From Lama guanicoe (lineage: Eukaryota), in assembly GCA_013239625.1 (NCBI GenBank), contig MU053611.1:1-63477 (forward strand): 63,477 bases of DNA. Reading direction: 5' to 3'. The position numbers and the translations under genes were made by a program. The notes beneath the pieces are model-generated. The model worked only from the letters and a program-made list of their open reading frames with translations. It was not told the DNA's origin and searched no databases. Shown piece after piece: positions 11,575 to 23,300 of the stretch. Within the stretch, counting starts at the first letter, position 1; every line of letters begins with the position of its first letter.

Positions 11575-12025
11575 TCAAAATAATTAAGGACTATATTATG
11601 ACAGAGCAGGAAAATGAATATAATCATGTTGCAAAGGGACTGTAAGTGTCTCCCCATGAAGTACTAAAGAAAAGCTTTTGATCCCTCATATTGATAAGGA
11701 TTTAGAAGAGTGCGCTGAGCAGACAGACAGCTGCACACCTAGTATCACGTGCCTCATTATTCTGTCCAGTGAAGACACCTCATCTGGCATGGCAGTTGTG
11801 ATTGGGGCCACCACCGGGCAAAATTTATGGCGCTCAACATCATCTAACGTTAATCATTTGGTTTTTGCAAGGCCCAACAAACGTACTGATTGAAGATATA
11901 ATGGACATCACCACCCTAAACCTTTAAAATCTTTGATGGTGCCATCAATCCCCATGCTTCCTTTTGGGATTATTATTGCTTCTGATTTATGATACTGATG
12001 AGTGAGGGAAATTTCAAGGACTTCA
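11575..12025 (-). mobile_element. ERV-L/class III endogenous retrovirus pol remnant: N-terminal RT (second copy 33062-33512; truncated inverted copies ~14307-14480 and ~35794-35967)
   Basis: Manual minus-strand translation across frameshifts gives KSLKFPSLISIINQKQ..GTIKDFKGLG..LQKPND..HKFCPVVAPITTAMPDEVSSLDRI..ARDTRCAAVCLLSALF*ILINMRDQKLF..HDYIHFPAL. This follows ERV-L RT as I recall it (KIVNQKQY..ATIKDLKDAG..VQKTDG..RKLNQVVTPIAAAVPDVVSLLEQI..WYAAIDLANAFFSIP..HQKQF..GYINSPAL). Confidence 0.85.
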
Positions 12026-12029
12026 TAAA

Positions 12030-12440
12030 AGGGGCTTCAGACCCTTCTCAGGTCAGAGTTGCTGCATTCACAGTTACCAGAGAGCAAGAGAATACCGAGA
12101 GGCACCCAAGTGGGTCATTTGTGTTCAACGTACATTCCTTCCTGCCCCCGTTATGTGGACGCAGTACTGTCTTCCTGCTGGTTAGGGTAAATTACTCCCC
12201 AAAAGAAGATGCCTTCTCCTCTTGGCTCCTAGACACAGGAGTACAAAGTAAGCTGCCATAGCTTACAGTTCAATGGGACCTTTATTGTTTCCCCTGGCAA
12301 GATGGCATCTCCTTTGGCGACCAGGATCTCTAACCCTGCCGCGCTTAGAGTTGTGGGAATGGCATATATTAGGTTCCTCAGTGGGTCATTTAGAATGATG
12401 GCCCACTCCCGCTTCTCTTTTTCTTCCTGGACCCACGTCC
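12030..12440 (-). mobile_element. ERV-L pol C-terminal/dUTPase remnant (second copy 33517-33927)
   Basis: Minus strand gives RGSR..EAGV..LNDPLRNLIYAIPTTLSAAGLEILVAKGDAILPGETIKVPLNCKLW..HNGGRKECTLNTNDPLGCLSVFSCSLVTVN. This matches ERV-L HGSRNQGVE..SDPLAKFLLPVPATLRSAGLEVLVPEGGMLPPGDTTMIPLNWKL..HNGGKEEYAWNTGDPLGRLLVLPCPVIKVN as I recall it. Confidence 0.85.
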
Positions 12441-14306
12441 AGAAAAATTACAACTTCTGCCATTATTAACTAAACTTAACTTAAAATTAACCACTGCCAG
12501 GGCTAGTTCAGTTTGCTGAGAACAAGGTCTATTAATGAAATCTAGAGAAGGTACTTGGTTAGAAAAGGAAAGCGGTAGTATGGATGAAAAGGGCACATGC
12601 TGGGGAGAAAACAGGTAATGCCCTTCCTCAACATAAGGATCATTTTGCCAGATTCATCTGTCATGGATTGTGGCCACTCTTTTTTACGCCTAATAAGTTG
12701 TTTGTGTGACTGAGGTTGGTATGGGGATTTAATGATAAAATACATATGAAATTCTTTGAAAGAATTCTAATTGCAATTAAAGTTTTTATCCTGGGAGCTT
12801 TTTTTTTAATGTAGCAATTCAAGAGAGATGGGTGAGGCCTCCAGGAACTAGTTAATACATATGCTAATCATTGAATAGCCAAGAGTGGCTTGCATTTCCA
12901 ACTTTTTCAGATAGTCATGCAATCAATCGATGTGAGAATGTCAGGGTTTTCAGAAAGTTTGAGGTGATTGGTCTTGACAATGACTTCCAGACTTTCCATG
13001 TTGTAAATGGGATCATGTAAGTGATATGACAGTTTTCACTGGGTTTGGAGAGAATCTTTCCATCATTTTGCTCTGCCTTGGGATGTCATAATTCCCATAT
13101 CATTTAGGTCACACCGCTTCACAGAAATTCAGTTAATTAACTGTGATTGCTTGGGATTTGAGCATTCACTAGAATTTGCATTTTTTGGCATTTGGAAGAC
13201 AGTGTCAGTACTGGTAAATGGGTTCTTTGGGCTTTGTAAAGAGCAGAAATATCTCAGAGGGATTCAGAATTTCAATCAGTGTTCACCTAAACCGGTTCTA
13301 CATTTTTGTCCCTTTATCAAGCAAACTTTCCATTAGATGTACTGTCAGAGATTTTTTTATAGTGTGTTTGAAAGAAAACAGTTCTTCATGAAGATGGCAG
13401 CAAGTGTTTCTTTGAGACAAACACACATGCATCAGTGGTCCCTTAAGAGAGCTGGGCAGATGTGGGGTTTTGATGCCATTTCCTCTTTGTATAAAAAACT
13501 TTCAGAAATTTGGCACAGCCACGGACAGAAAACATGGCTGGCCTGGCCCCTCTAAAGTGACCTTTGTTAGTGGCCTGGCTTTGCACTCTGCAGCATCATT
13601 GCTGATGCACTGAGCCAGTTCACAGGCCACTGGAGCTGGGTTTCCTTCTGAAGGCTGGTGTTGGGTGGAAGCTATTGCTTCATGGTGGGTCCAAGCAGTC
13701 CTTTCTCCTGCTTATTTGGTCTTTTTAGATTTTATATCATTAGTAGAGACCTGGATCCTCTGGTTATTCTATTTTTAATATAAATGAGATAGTATATTAG
13801 AATGCATTTTGCGTTTTGTGAGAGAATGCCTTATAAATATTTACAGTTTTATTTGCTGTAGACTCAAGCCCTCATTGTGTTTTTCTACTCTTTTGTACAC
13901 ATACCATGCAGAGTCTAACAACGTGAAAGACTAGTGAGCAGTCATATTAAGTGCAAATAACCATCATGCTTTACAGCGCATTTATATACATGTTTATGTT
14001 GAAATTTTTCTATAAACAAGATAGAGGACAGTACTTTGGGCCATTATAGATTCCATTATCCTTTCAAATACTGAGCATGGAAATAAGTCTCTTTTATCAC
14101 ATGGGCCAGTTGTGGACCAATGATGTCAGTAGGTTCATTTGTTTAGATGTGCTTGATGAGTAATCAGAAGGTGTTACATTGAGTTCAGTGGAAAGGTTAC
14201 TAGGAAGACTGGCTCTTTTTTGTGACTTGGAAGTTATTTGCTTTCAGTCACCTTGTTCCGGCAGAGATGTAGTAAAGCCTATATTTCTGTAGAGCTAAAT
14301 ATTGAT

Positions 14307-17300
14307 ACGTGATACTAGGTGTGCAGCTGTCTGTCTGCTCAGCGCACTCTTCTAAATCCTTATCAATATGAGGGATCAAAAGCTTTTCTTTAGTACTTCA
14401 TGGGGAGACACTTACAGTCCCTTTGCAACATGATTATATTCATTTTCCTGCTCTGTCATAATATAGTCCTTAATTATTTTGATATTACATAGAAATGGCC
14501 CATACCATAGCTATTCTTTTGGAGCATAATTTAAAAAAAAATTCTGGAAATAAATTTCTTGTATATTACATCAAAAATATATACATATACTTTTTTACTT
14601 TAATAATGTACCATGTTCTGTTAGATTATACCATAATTCACTCAAACAATTACCTATTGATAATATTTCCAATTTCCCTTATAAACAATGTTCCACTAAT
14701 TTTCTAGATAATGTGCAGTTTATCTAATAATTTTCTTAGAACATAGGACTAAAATTGAAATTTAGTAGGTCAAAAGATACATAATTTTTAAAACACAGAT
14801 ACATACACAGTCACCTCAAGAAATATTACCCTAGTTTGCATCGCCACTAATGTTTCTTGATACACTCACCAACGTTATGTAATAAGAATGGAAGAATCTC
14901 ATTCGATAATATCTTCCTAGGGGAAATCTGCCCCTCTCTCTCTGTTTGCTGTTTGTTTAGTTCTTAGCCACCCTAAGATTGTTTCAGTAATAGAAAAGTA
15001 CCAGTAAACTGCCTTCTTAGGTGCCTGTTCCTTTTAAATGGAGTGTCCTTTTAAATGATATTTTAATGGCCTTGATAGATTTGAGTGCTGACATTTGGGA
15101 ATAAAACATAAAGCTGAACTGACTGCTCTATATAGGAATGAATGAGGAATTATAAGATTCTCAGAGAGAGTGATATCTGAGAGCAGAAGAGGAAAGTGAG
15201 AAGACAGAGCAAAAGCGATGGAGCGAGAGAAAGAATGCAAACGTGATCAGAAGGGAAAGAGAGAGAGACAAAACAAGAGGGTGGAGAAGGGGGGAAAAGG
15301 GGAAGGGGAGGGAGAAAGAGAGGAGGGAGAGAGAACATAGGTAAGCACTCACATCATGGAAGAATGGTAAATTTAAGGAGAAACGAAAACCAGGATTGGC
15401 ACAGGTAATGAGGTATTTGGAAGGGAGAATAAACAGGAGCTCTTAAATGGTCATGTTAAGATGTGCAATAGAGACATTTGAAAAGTCTTCACTAACATCC
15501 TGCCTTTTGCATTAAATGCCATTGTTCAAATAGAAAGGGAAAGGGAACTTGGGGGTAATGCTGAGTCCCAAATCCTTCATCTACTGGCAGTGATTCACAG
15601 TGGTTTGTCAAAGTTTCTAGGGTATTAAAAGGGTAATTCTGAGCAGCTTTGTACTAGTGAGAAAACACTTAACCTGGGGTCACAAGACTAAATCCAAGTT
15701 CTGGAATCACCTTCTAAGTGATAATGAGAGAGTCATTTAAAACCAAAATTTCTTCAGTAGGAAAATAAAAAAGGTAATATTGAACATTCTGAGTTATTAC
15801 ACCGGTTAAGTATATGATTTTTGAAGAAAAAAATGTATATAATGTATTCCACATACTAATCAATCAATAAATGTTTGCTGAATCCAAAAAGACTGTAATT
15901 CTTAGAAATACAATAGAAACAACCCAGAATAAAATGTGCAAACCAATGGGAACTAGGTAAAAAGGAAGCTAAGGGATTTTACAAACCTATAAAATAAGGA
16001 TTGCCCAAATTATATGACTCGTAATTTGATTCCATCTCCTATTCATAAAAATCATATTATTTAACATCAATATAAGAATAATATATAACTAAAAACTTAT
16101 TTGAAAATTCCTATAAAGAAAATATAACATTTTATTTTCTCAGTGATTACCTTTTTCCAGAAGATGGTTAAAAAGATTTACTTCCAGAACTATTTGACTA
16201 AAACCCAGCAATATTGTGATTTCTTATGATTGTTTGAAATAGTTATTTAAATACAAAAAATTATTTCTAAAACGTAATAAGAATTTTCTACTTTTTCAGT
16301 TTCTACATACTTTTTACTTCCATAATCAATCAGAGAGGTTTAGAAGGAGTGAGCTGTTTAATTTTAATTATCATAATCTGTTTGATTGACATAGAAATAT
16401 ATTGAATTACTTACAAAACTGCTAACTATGTAAATCTATTACTTCAGAAGATATTGACTGAGGAAACCCTAATAATCTAATGTAAAAATATGTACTTTCA
16501 GTGTTTTTAAAATATGAATTATTGATCCAACTAACAGCTCCAAAGGAGCTATTAGTGTCCATCATTAAAACTATTTAACGACTTTTTAAAGCAATTATTA
16601 TTCACCTAATTGACCATAACAGTTGCTTCGGTGGAGTTATGGTATGACAGCTTCTTACATACTTCTTTGAAATTACAATTACTACTTCATTGTACTGTCA
16701 CAGAAAGGTAAGTAATTGTCAGCGGGTGAGCAGAATTAATAGCTCACCCTTGCTCCATGGAATAATTTTCAACATTGTAACATCAGGATATCACAATAGG
16801 AATGAGTTAGCCTGTCAAAATGGCTTGGAAACTTAAGTTTGAGAGTTACTGTACCCTCAAAAAGTTCAGTCTGGATTTCTTCCTTCCCTGTCACTTTTTT
16901 TTTTCCTGCCCTCCCTCTCTCCTTTTCCTCCCCACTTTCCTGCATCATTCTCTTTTTTAAATTTTACTAACAATTATACACCATGCTCAGTGTACAATTT
17001 CATACTGCTTGACCCTGCTGGCACAAGTTGAATAAAATCTATTCCCCTTTTCATGTTCTGGTGGAGTAGGGAGAAACGTTCATGAAAATTTATGACACAG
17101 TGTATTAAATGTTATGATACATATGTACAAAGACATCACAAAAAGATGTCTTTGAATTCAAATAAGAGAGTCAGAGAAGGCTGTCTGGAAGCCCTGATGA
17201 TACAGAACCTGCGACTTTTTGGAAAGAAGCCTGTTCAAGTAGGTCTGGAGGGAGAGGGTGTATCTGTCCATGGCCCATGGCAAGGAATCATATTTGACTT

Positions 17301-20300
17301 ATTCCAACCTCTAACCTTCAAGTAAATTAAACTTTCCTGTTTTGGATTTACCAGAAGCAAATGCAACTCCTACTGTCTGTCTCTTAATTAAGAATTGACA
17401 TTCACTTTGACTAATGCCACACTTAACTAGTAAGATACTTGTTGCAAGAGAATACCACGCATGCATTAAAAAAAAAAAAAGCTATTCCTAGTTTGGAAAG
17501 CTTAGCAGACTGTCAGGTCTTGCTCTCCCCTTGACATCTTAACACCGCCGCAGGGTATTTAAAGACTTCTATCTGGCCTTTCTGAAGCTTAGACAAGAAA
17601 GACAGATAGAAGGCTGGTGAATTTGTGGTGAGGTAACACATGAGTCACCTATTGTTGCTGATCCTGGCGTCTCCTACTGTTTATTTATTTGAATTAGTGT
17701 CATGGTTTCTACAGATGTGGAGGACAGTCACTCAAAATGTCCTTGCTTCACTTACTCAATAGTAAGTCATCTCCTCCTCCAATTACTGACAAGGAAGAGT
17801 AGGGTGGTGAATCAGCTACTGACAGGATTTATGATAGCAGGAGAAGTCTGGAATTAGAGGATCCATTCGCACTAGGGAAGTAAGTCAAACAGAGGAAGAC
17901 AAATAAATTGTATCACTTATATGTGGAATCTGAAAAAAGGATACAAATGAACCTATTTACAAAACAGAAATAGACTCAACAGACAGAGAAAGCAAACTTA
18001 GGGTTACCAAAGCGGAAATGGGAGGGGAGGGATAAACTAAGAGTTTGGAATTAACAGATATACATGTTGAGTACTATATACAAAATAGATAAACAAGATT
18101 TACTATATAGCACAGGGAACTATATTCAACATCTTACAATAACCTAAAATGAAAAAGAATCTGAAAAAGATATATATATACACGTACACACACACACGCA
18201 CACACATAGCTGAGTCATTTTGCTCTCTACCTGAAATTAACACAACACTGTAAATCAGGTATACTTCAATTTAAAAAAGCTAAAGAAAAAAGAAGACGAG
18301 ATGAAAAGAGTCATGGGAATGAATGGTGGTGAGTTGCAAAACAATGTGAATGTATTTAATACCACTGAACTGTATGCTTACCACGGTTAAGATAGTAAAT
18401 TTTTTATTAGTTATATTATGTGTATTTTGCCACAATAAAAAAGAAGCAGAGGAAAAATAGAAAATGAGAGTATAAAGAACTATTTGAGAGGCAGAATTGT
18501 ATTTTAGGATCAATTTAATATGGGTATGAAAGAAAAGGAGGAGTCTCTGGTGTATCTTTTATTTCTGAGTTGTGTAATTGAATGAGAAAAGTGGACATTC
18601 TCTGATTCAGGAAAAACCAGAGCAGTGGATTTTTTGGCTGGAGGAAGGGTGACAGGCTAGGTCATGTGTTTGTTGTTAGACTTGTTGATTCCAAGATGTC
18701 TGTTGCTGTCTAGTTTACGACGTCCAATAGGCAATGAGAAGTATGGACGTGGGCCTGAGGGGAAAGGTCTGAGTAAGGGATATTGGAGACATAAATTTTG
18801 AGTCATAAAATTTGAAGTCATAAATAGGAGTCATAAAATTTGAGCTTAAAGCTGTAGGGGTGACAAGGAGAATGCCAAAGAGGATTAGACAGCAGGAGAG
18901 CAGTTTCAAGCTGAGGACTGAATCCTGGTTACCCCTCTGTGAATGGGGCAAGTCATGGAAGAGTAGTCCTGCAATAGTGAAAAACTGTCACAAAAGGCAG
19001 AAAAGGGATTAGGAGAGACTGAGATCATAGGACAAAAAGAAGGATAAGATCTCAAAAGAGGAAGAAAGAGCCTTAAGCAGTAGCAAACGGTACAGAAAAA
19101 AAATATGTAAAAGAATGACATTCATTCATAATTAGGAAGTATGAATAGTTTCAGCAGAAGGTTGGGCACAGAATAAGTCTGGCTAAATAAGAGTGAATTG
19201 ATAAGGAAATGTCAATGACCAGGGGAGATAGCTAGTTCAGATATGACCCAGACATATAATTCATGCTTGATTTAAAAGGGAGTAGAGAATAAAGGCTGTA
19301 ACCACAGGGAGATGCAGGATGCTTAGATGCAGTCTAAAGCAATTTTTTTTGTTGTTTATTTTTATATTCTCTTGTTTTGATTTTAGATGGGAGACATTTA
19401 GGTCTGTATTTCACTTCAAAGGCATGAGGGTAGAGAGAGAGATTGAAGGTTCATGATAACATAAGAAATAATTAGAAGAAGTGTGGGCTTCTTAATATAG
19501 GTGGTTTATTAACCCAGAACCAAAGAAGGAATAACATTTCTGACAATATAGCAGAAAAGAAAATTAAGAAACACTTGGGAGTTCGTGCCTAATGGCCTCT
19601 ATTAGGAGGGAGAATAGTATCGTTACAAGCTGAGGCTCTGAGGAAAGAAAATGTGGGTTCAAATCCCAGTCACATCATTTGGGAAAGTTGCTTAGGGTTT
19701 TTCAAGCCTGTTTTCCCATTTGGAAAAATTGAGGCAATATGTGTTTAATTAAGAAAATATATGTCAGGTGATTAATGCATTGCCCAGTGAGTGATCAAGT
19801 CTGAGGCAATCACCAGTGGCATGAAAGAAGTCAGCTACACGGTGGAAGTTTAGTGAGTAGGATGGGGATTTGGGGAAGTTGCTTGACTACAAGATGTATC
19901 CCATGGCATTAAGAATTTTCTGAATGAATTTGGGAGACCAGTGATGCCATTCTTCACCTATAGCAGGCTAGAGCACCATATTATTTTGCAGCTTTCATCT
20001 CATTCTTTCTGCACGCACTCTCGTATTTACACAGCTTTAACGGCTCTCCATTAAGGTCTGTTTTTTTCAGCTTATATCTGTTGAGTAGCATCTACATGGC
20101 AGGCACTGTTCCAGACTCTGAGGACACAGGACTGAATTTAAAACAGCCAAACTTTCTGCCCTTGTGGAATTTCAGTTAAGCAGGAGAATTATAACGAGCA
20201 AGTGAAGTAGACAGCATGTTAAATGGTAGAAAATGTGAAGGAGAAAAAACGTGGAAATGGGGGAAGCAGGGCAAGCATGTCAGATAGGACGACTGTTGAA

Positions 20301-23300
20301 TAAGTACCCGACAGGTGAGGGACCAAGTCATGCAGGTCACTGAAGAAGTCCAAGCACCTCTGAACAGCACGTCCAAAGGCCCTGAGGCAGAAGGGCACCT
20401 GGCATGGTCTAGAAACACTAAGGCCAAGCTGACTGAACAAACTGAAAAAGGAGGTGTTAGAAAGGCAGTGGGGCAATGGAAGGATGTCGTGCTTTGGCTC
20501 TAAGTGAGAGGGGAAGCCCTGATACCATTTTAAAAGCCTGCTCTGGCTGTTGTGTTTAGCAAGGGAGAAAAAGATAAGCAGATAGACCAGTTAGGAGGCT
20601 ATTACAACAGTGCAGGCAAGAAATGCTGATGGCTCGGACTGACTGGTAGCATTAGGCAGTGAAAAGTGGTTGGAGTCTGCATACGTCTGGGAGGTAAAGC
20701 CGAGTTTAAGGCAGCAGTTATGAAAGTGGTGTTGTGATGTCCAGCTCTCTGACTGCTGCACGTGGCTCTCACTTGCTTCTAAAGATGGAGACAAAAGACA
20801 GGTATTAAGTATACTTCAACTTCCAAATTCCCTTTTGTTCATTTCTGACCTCTGACATCATAAGTTTCACAACATACCGTGCCTTAAAAATGTTTGTTTG
20901 TTTGGTTTTTTTTTTTTTGTAATTTATTCCAGGGTAAATATTCAGAGTTTAGTCTAAAAAATAACATTGAATGCCTTGACCTTATGCAAATGAGAACCTC
21001 TCTTAATCTCAATTTTTCCAGTGACAGAATCAGGGTATTCATTTCTGCCATTCCACATTCCTTCACAGGTGTATTCAGGTCAAAACGAATCACGTATGCT
21101 GTAGAAAATGTCATTTTTCATTGGTATCGCTTCTCATATATAAGCATCTTCCAAAGCAGTGCTTTGCCTTTTACAATTTTTCGGTCCTCCATGGGGATAA
21201 CCAAGTTGTCCGATTTTTTATTGATTTTTAGCCCTCAGCATGACAGAGCAATTAGTAGAAACTAGAAAAAGCTAGAATTGATTATTCCCAAATTACTAGT
21301 AGTAGAGATTGACCTTAGCTATGTTACACATAAAAATTATTTTGAAATAAAATCACAACCAATATAACTTTTTTAAGGTTTCTTTATCTTAACAAAATGT
21401 ACTTATCTTACTTACTTGTCCCATTCAGTCCTCCTGCAGAATTTTGAAGTACACAAAGATTATATGCTAACACTTAAAGGCATATTATTAACAATTGATA
21501 TTGCTGTTGGAATGACCATACACTCATTATGAAGTGGAAGAGAGTCAAGTTATTAATTCACAGTCCTGTGATTCTTTATGATTTACTCAAGCAAATCGTT
21601 ACAGATATTTCTTTGTTAGAAATTAGCCACTTTGGATTTAGATGGAAAAATAAAGCTATGTAGGTAAAAATCCCGTAGAGAACTGGTTTTGGTATCAACA
21701 TTAAACTCATTTCATTTTTAAAAATATTTATTTTCATAATGAGCTGCATATACAAGTTAGAAAGCCACTTGATTGTAGTACATTATCAGTTGTCCAGAAT
21801 TTTAAGCTGTTTCAGGAAGGTCATTACCAGGCTGTCAGTTTAAGTAAATAAGTAGTGCTATTGAATGATTTGACCTTCAAGTAAAATAAGTGGGAATTCA
21901 TCTACTAGGGTTTTTAAATAAATACAACTGTAAAATGTTTGAGAATGAATATGATTTTTCCCATTCGTTTTGACATTTTGAAAATAAGCCTTACAAAATT
22001 TTCTTCCTTTTACATTAGTTCCTAGTAATTTGTATGATTTATACTTTCCTGAACCACGTACTTGATAGAAAGTGTTAAATTATATGATACTCTAAAACAA
22101 TGGGAAGCCACAGAAATTGCATGCACTATCAAAAATTTACTTAGGAAATGAGAGTTTGGTCGTTTCACTGTTACTCATCTTTTAGAAGACATTCAGCAAA
22201 CGCATGTGTCTGTTTAAAGGACAGACTCTATGTAACAAGAAATTCCTTATTCAGAAACAGTCTGGTTTCTGTCTAAGCCCTGTGTCTAGAAGTTTCGGTC
22301 AGTCCTCCATCTCACACAGGCTGAGTGACTAATATAAAATGTTGACAACACTCCCTGACACGTTTGAAGGCAATGTAGTTAAGTATAAATAGGATCAGAA
22401 AGCAGATAATCTCATTCAGTCAACAAATGCTCTGAGGACCCACTATGGGCTGGGCACTGCATCGACACTGGGGAATGTGTCAGGTATCCAAGAGCCTTAA
22501 TGCTCTATTTCAAAGATGCACATTTTTTTTTTCACATTTTACCGTCTCTGACATTGTGGTACCTCTTACAGCAAACAATTGGTATCTTAGCTTCGATGAA
22601 ACATGGTCATTTTAATTCCCTTTACTAAGATAGCATTTTTAAAAGGACAATAAGTAAACTAAACTGCCTGGAGTGAAGACCATGGTGATTAAATGTATGA
22701 GTAAATCTTGATCCTTTTCTTACATCACTGTGTGAGAGATCTTATGCTGATGTTTAAATACCGTACTTTTAATAATGTGTGTGTATGTGTTCAAGCACTT
22801 TAATTTCTCAAGTTGTGAGCTACCTGAAGTCAAGGATACCATGTTCTTCTTTTCCCTCCTGTGAAGAATAGACACTCATTGCATATGTATGAATGGAGAC
22901 GTGATCATTGAGACTTGAGCTACAAAAGGAAGCATCTTTCATCTTTATCCCATTTAATTTGTATTTATATTCCACAAATAATAACTTGATACTTGGTAAG
23001 GAGTCATTTGCTTCTATTTTTAACTATATAGGTATTTTCACAGAGTGTATGTGTGCATGCATGTGCGTGATTGCGTGTGTGTATGTACCATTTTCTTTAT
23101 TATGGTTAAAATCCAGATTCAATAATAATGTGTCAGTATTTATATTCACTTGAAGATAATGAAACATTTCGACCTGATGCTGTATTTGCATTTGGAAAAA
23201 TACAAGGTTAGAAGTTATAATTTAAATAATTGTAGATATTTGGGACTTGTTCAAAATCATGACTGAGTCTACAGAGTATTGTGAACTCTTATTTTGGGTT

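Larger units (their letters stand above)
1..11750. repeat. Left arm of large inverted repeat (runs off the window start; interrupted by mosaic at 7286-8099)
   Basis: Reverse complement of 14307-25502 and 35794-46989. Mirrored ORF pairs give constant coordinate sums of 25503-25501 for 1-7285 and 26057 for 8100-11750. The arm ends at AGTATCACGT (11750). Confidence 0.98.

Noticed and set aside
11989..12261. + strand ORF ending WLLDTGVQSKLP, resembling a retroviral aspartic protease motif
   Set aside because: It is antisense to a much longer, clearer ERV-L dUTPase match on the minus strand, so the LLDTG is most likely coincidental.
12750..14300. Unique-looking part of the spacer as exons or a DNA transposon
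   Set aside because: No recognisable peptide, terminal repeats or convincing splice-site pair. It may be conserved non-coding DNA but I cannot support a call.
21069..21231. Frame reading CIQVKTNHVCCRKCH, reminiscent of a beta-defensin C-terminus
   Set aside because: It lacks the six-cysteine spacing (C-x6-C-x3/4-C-x9-C-x6-CC), and I found no signal-peptide exon.
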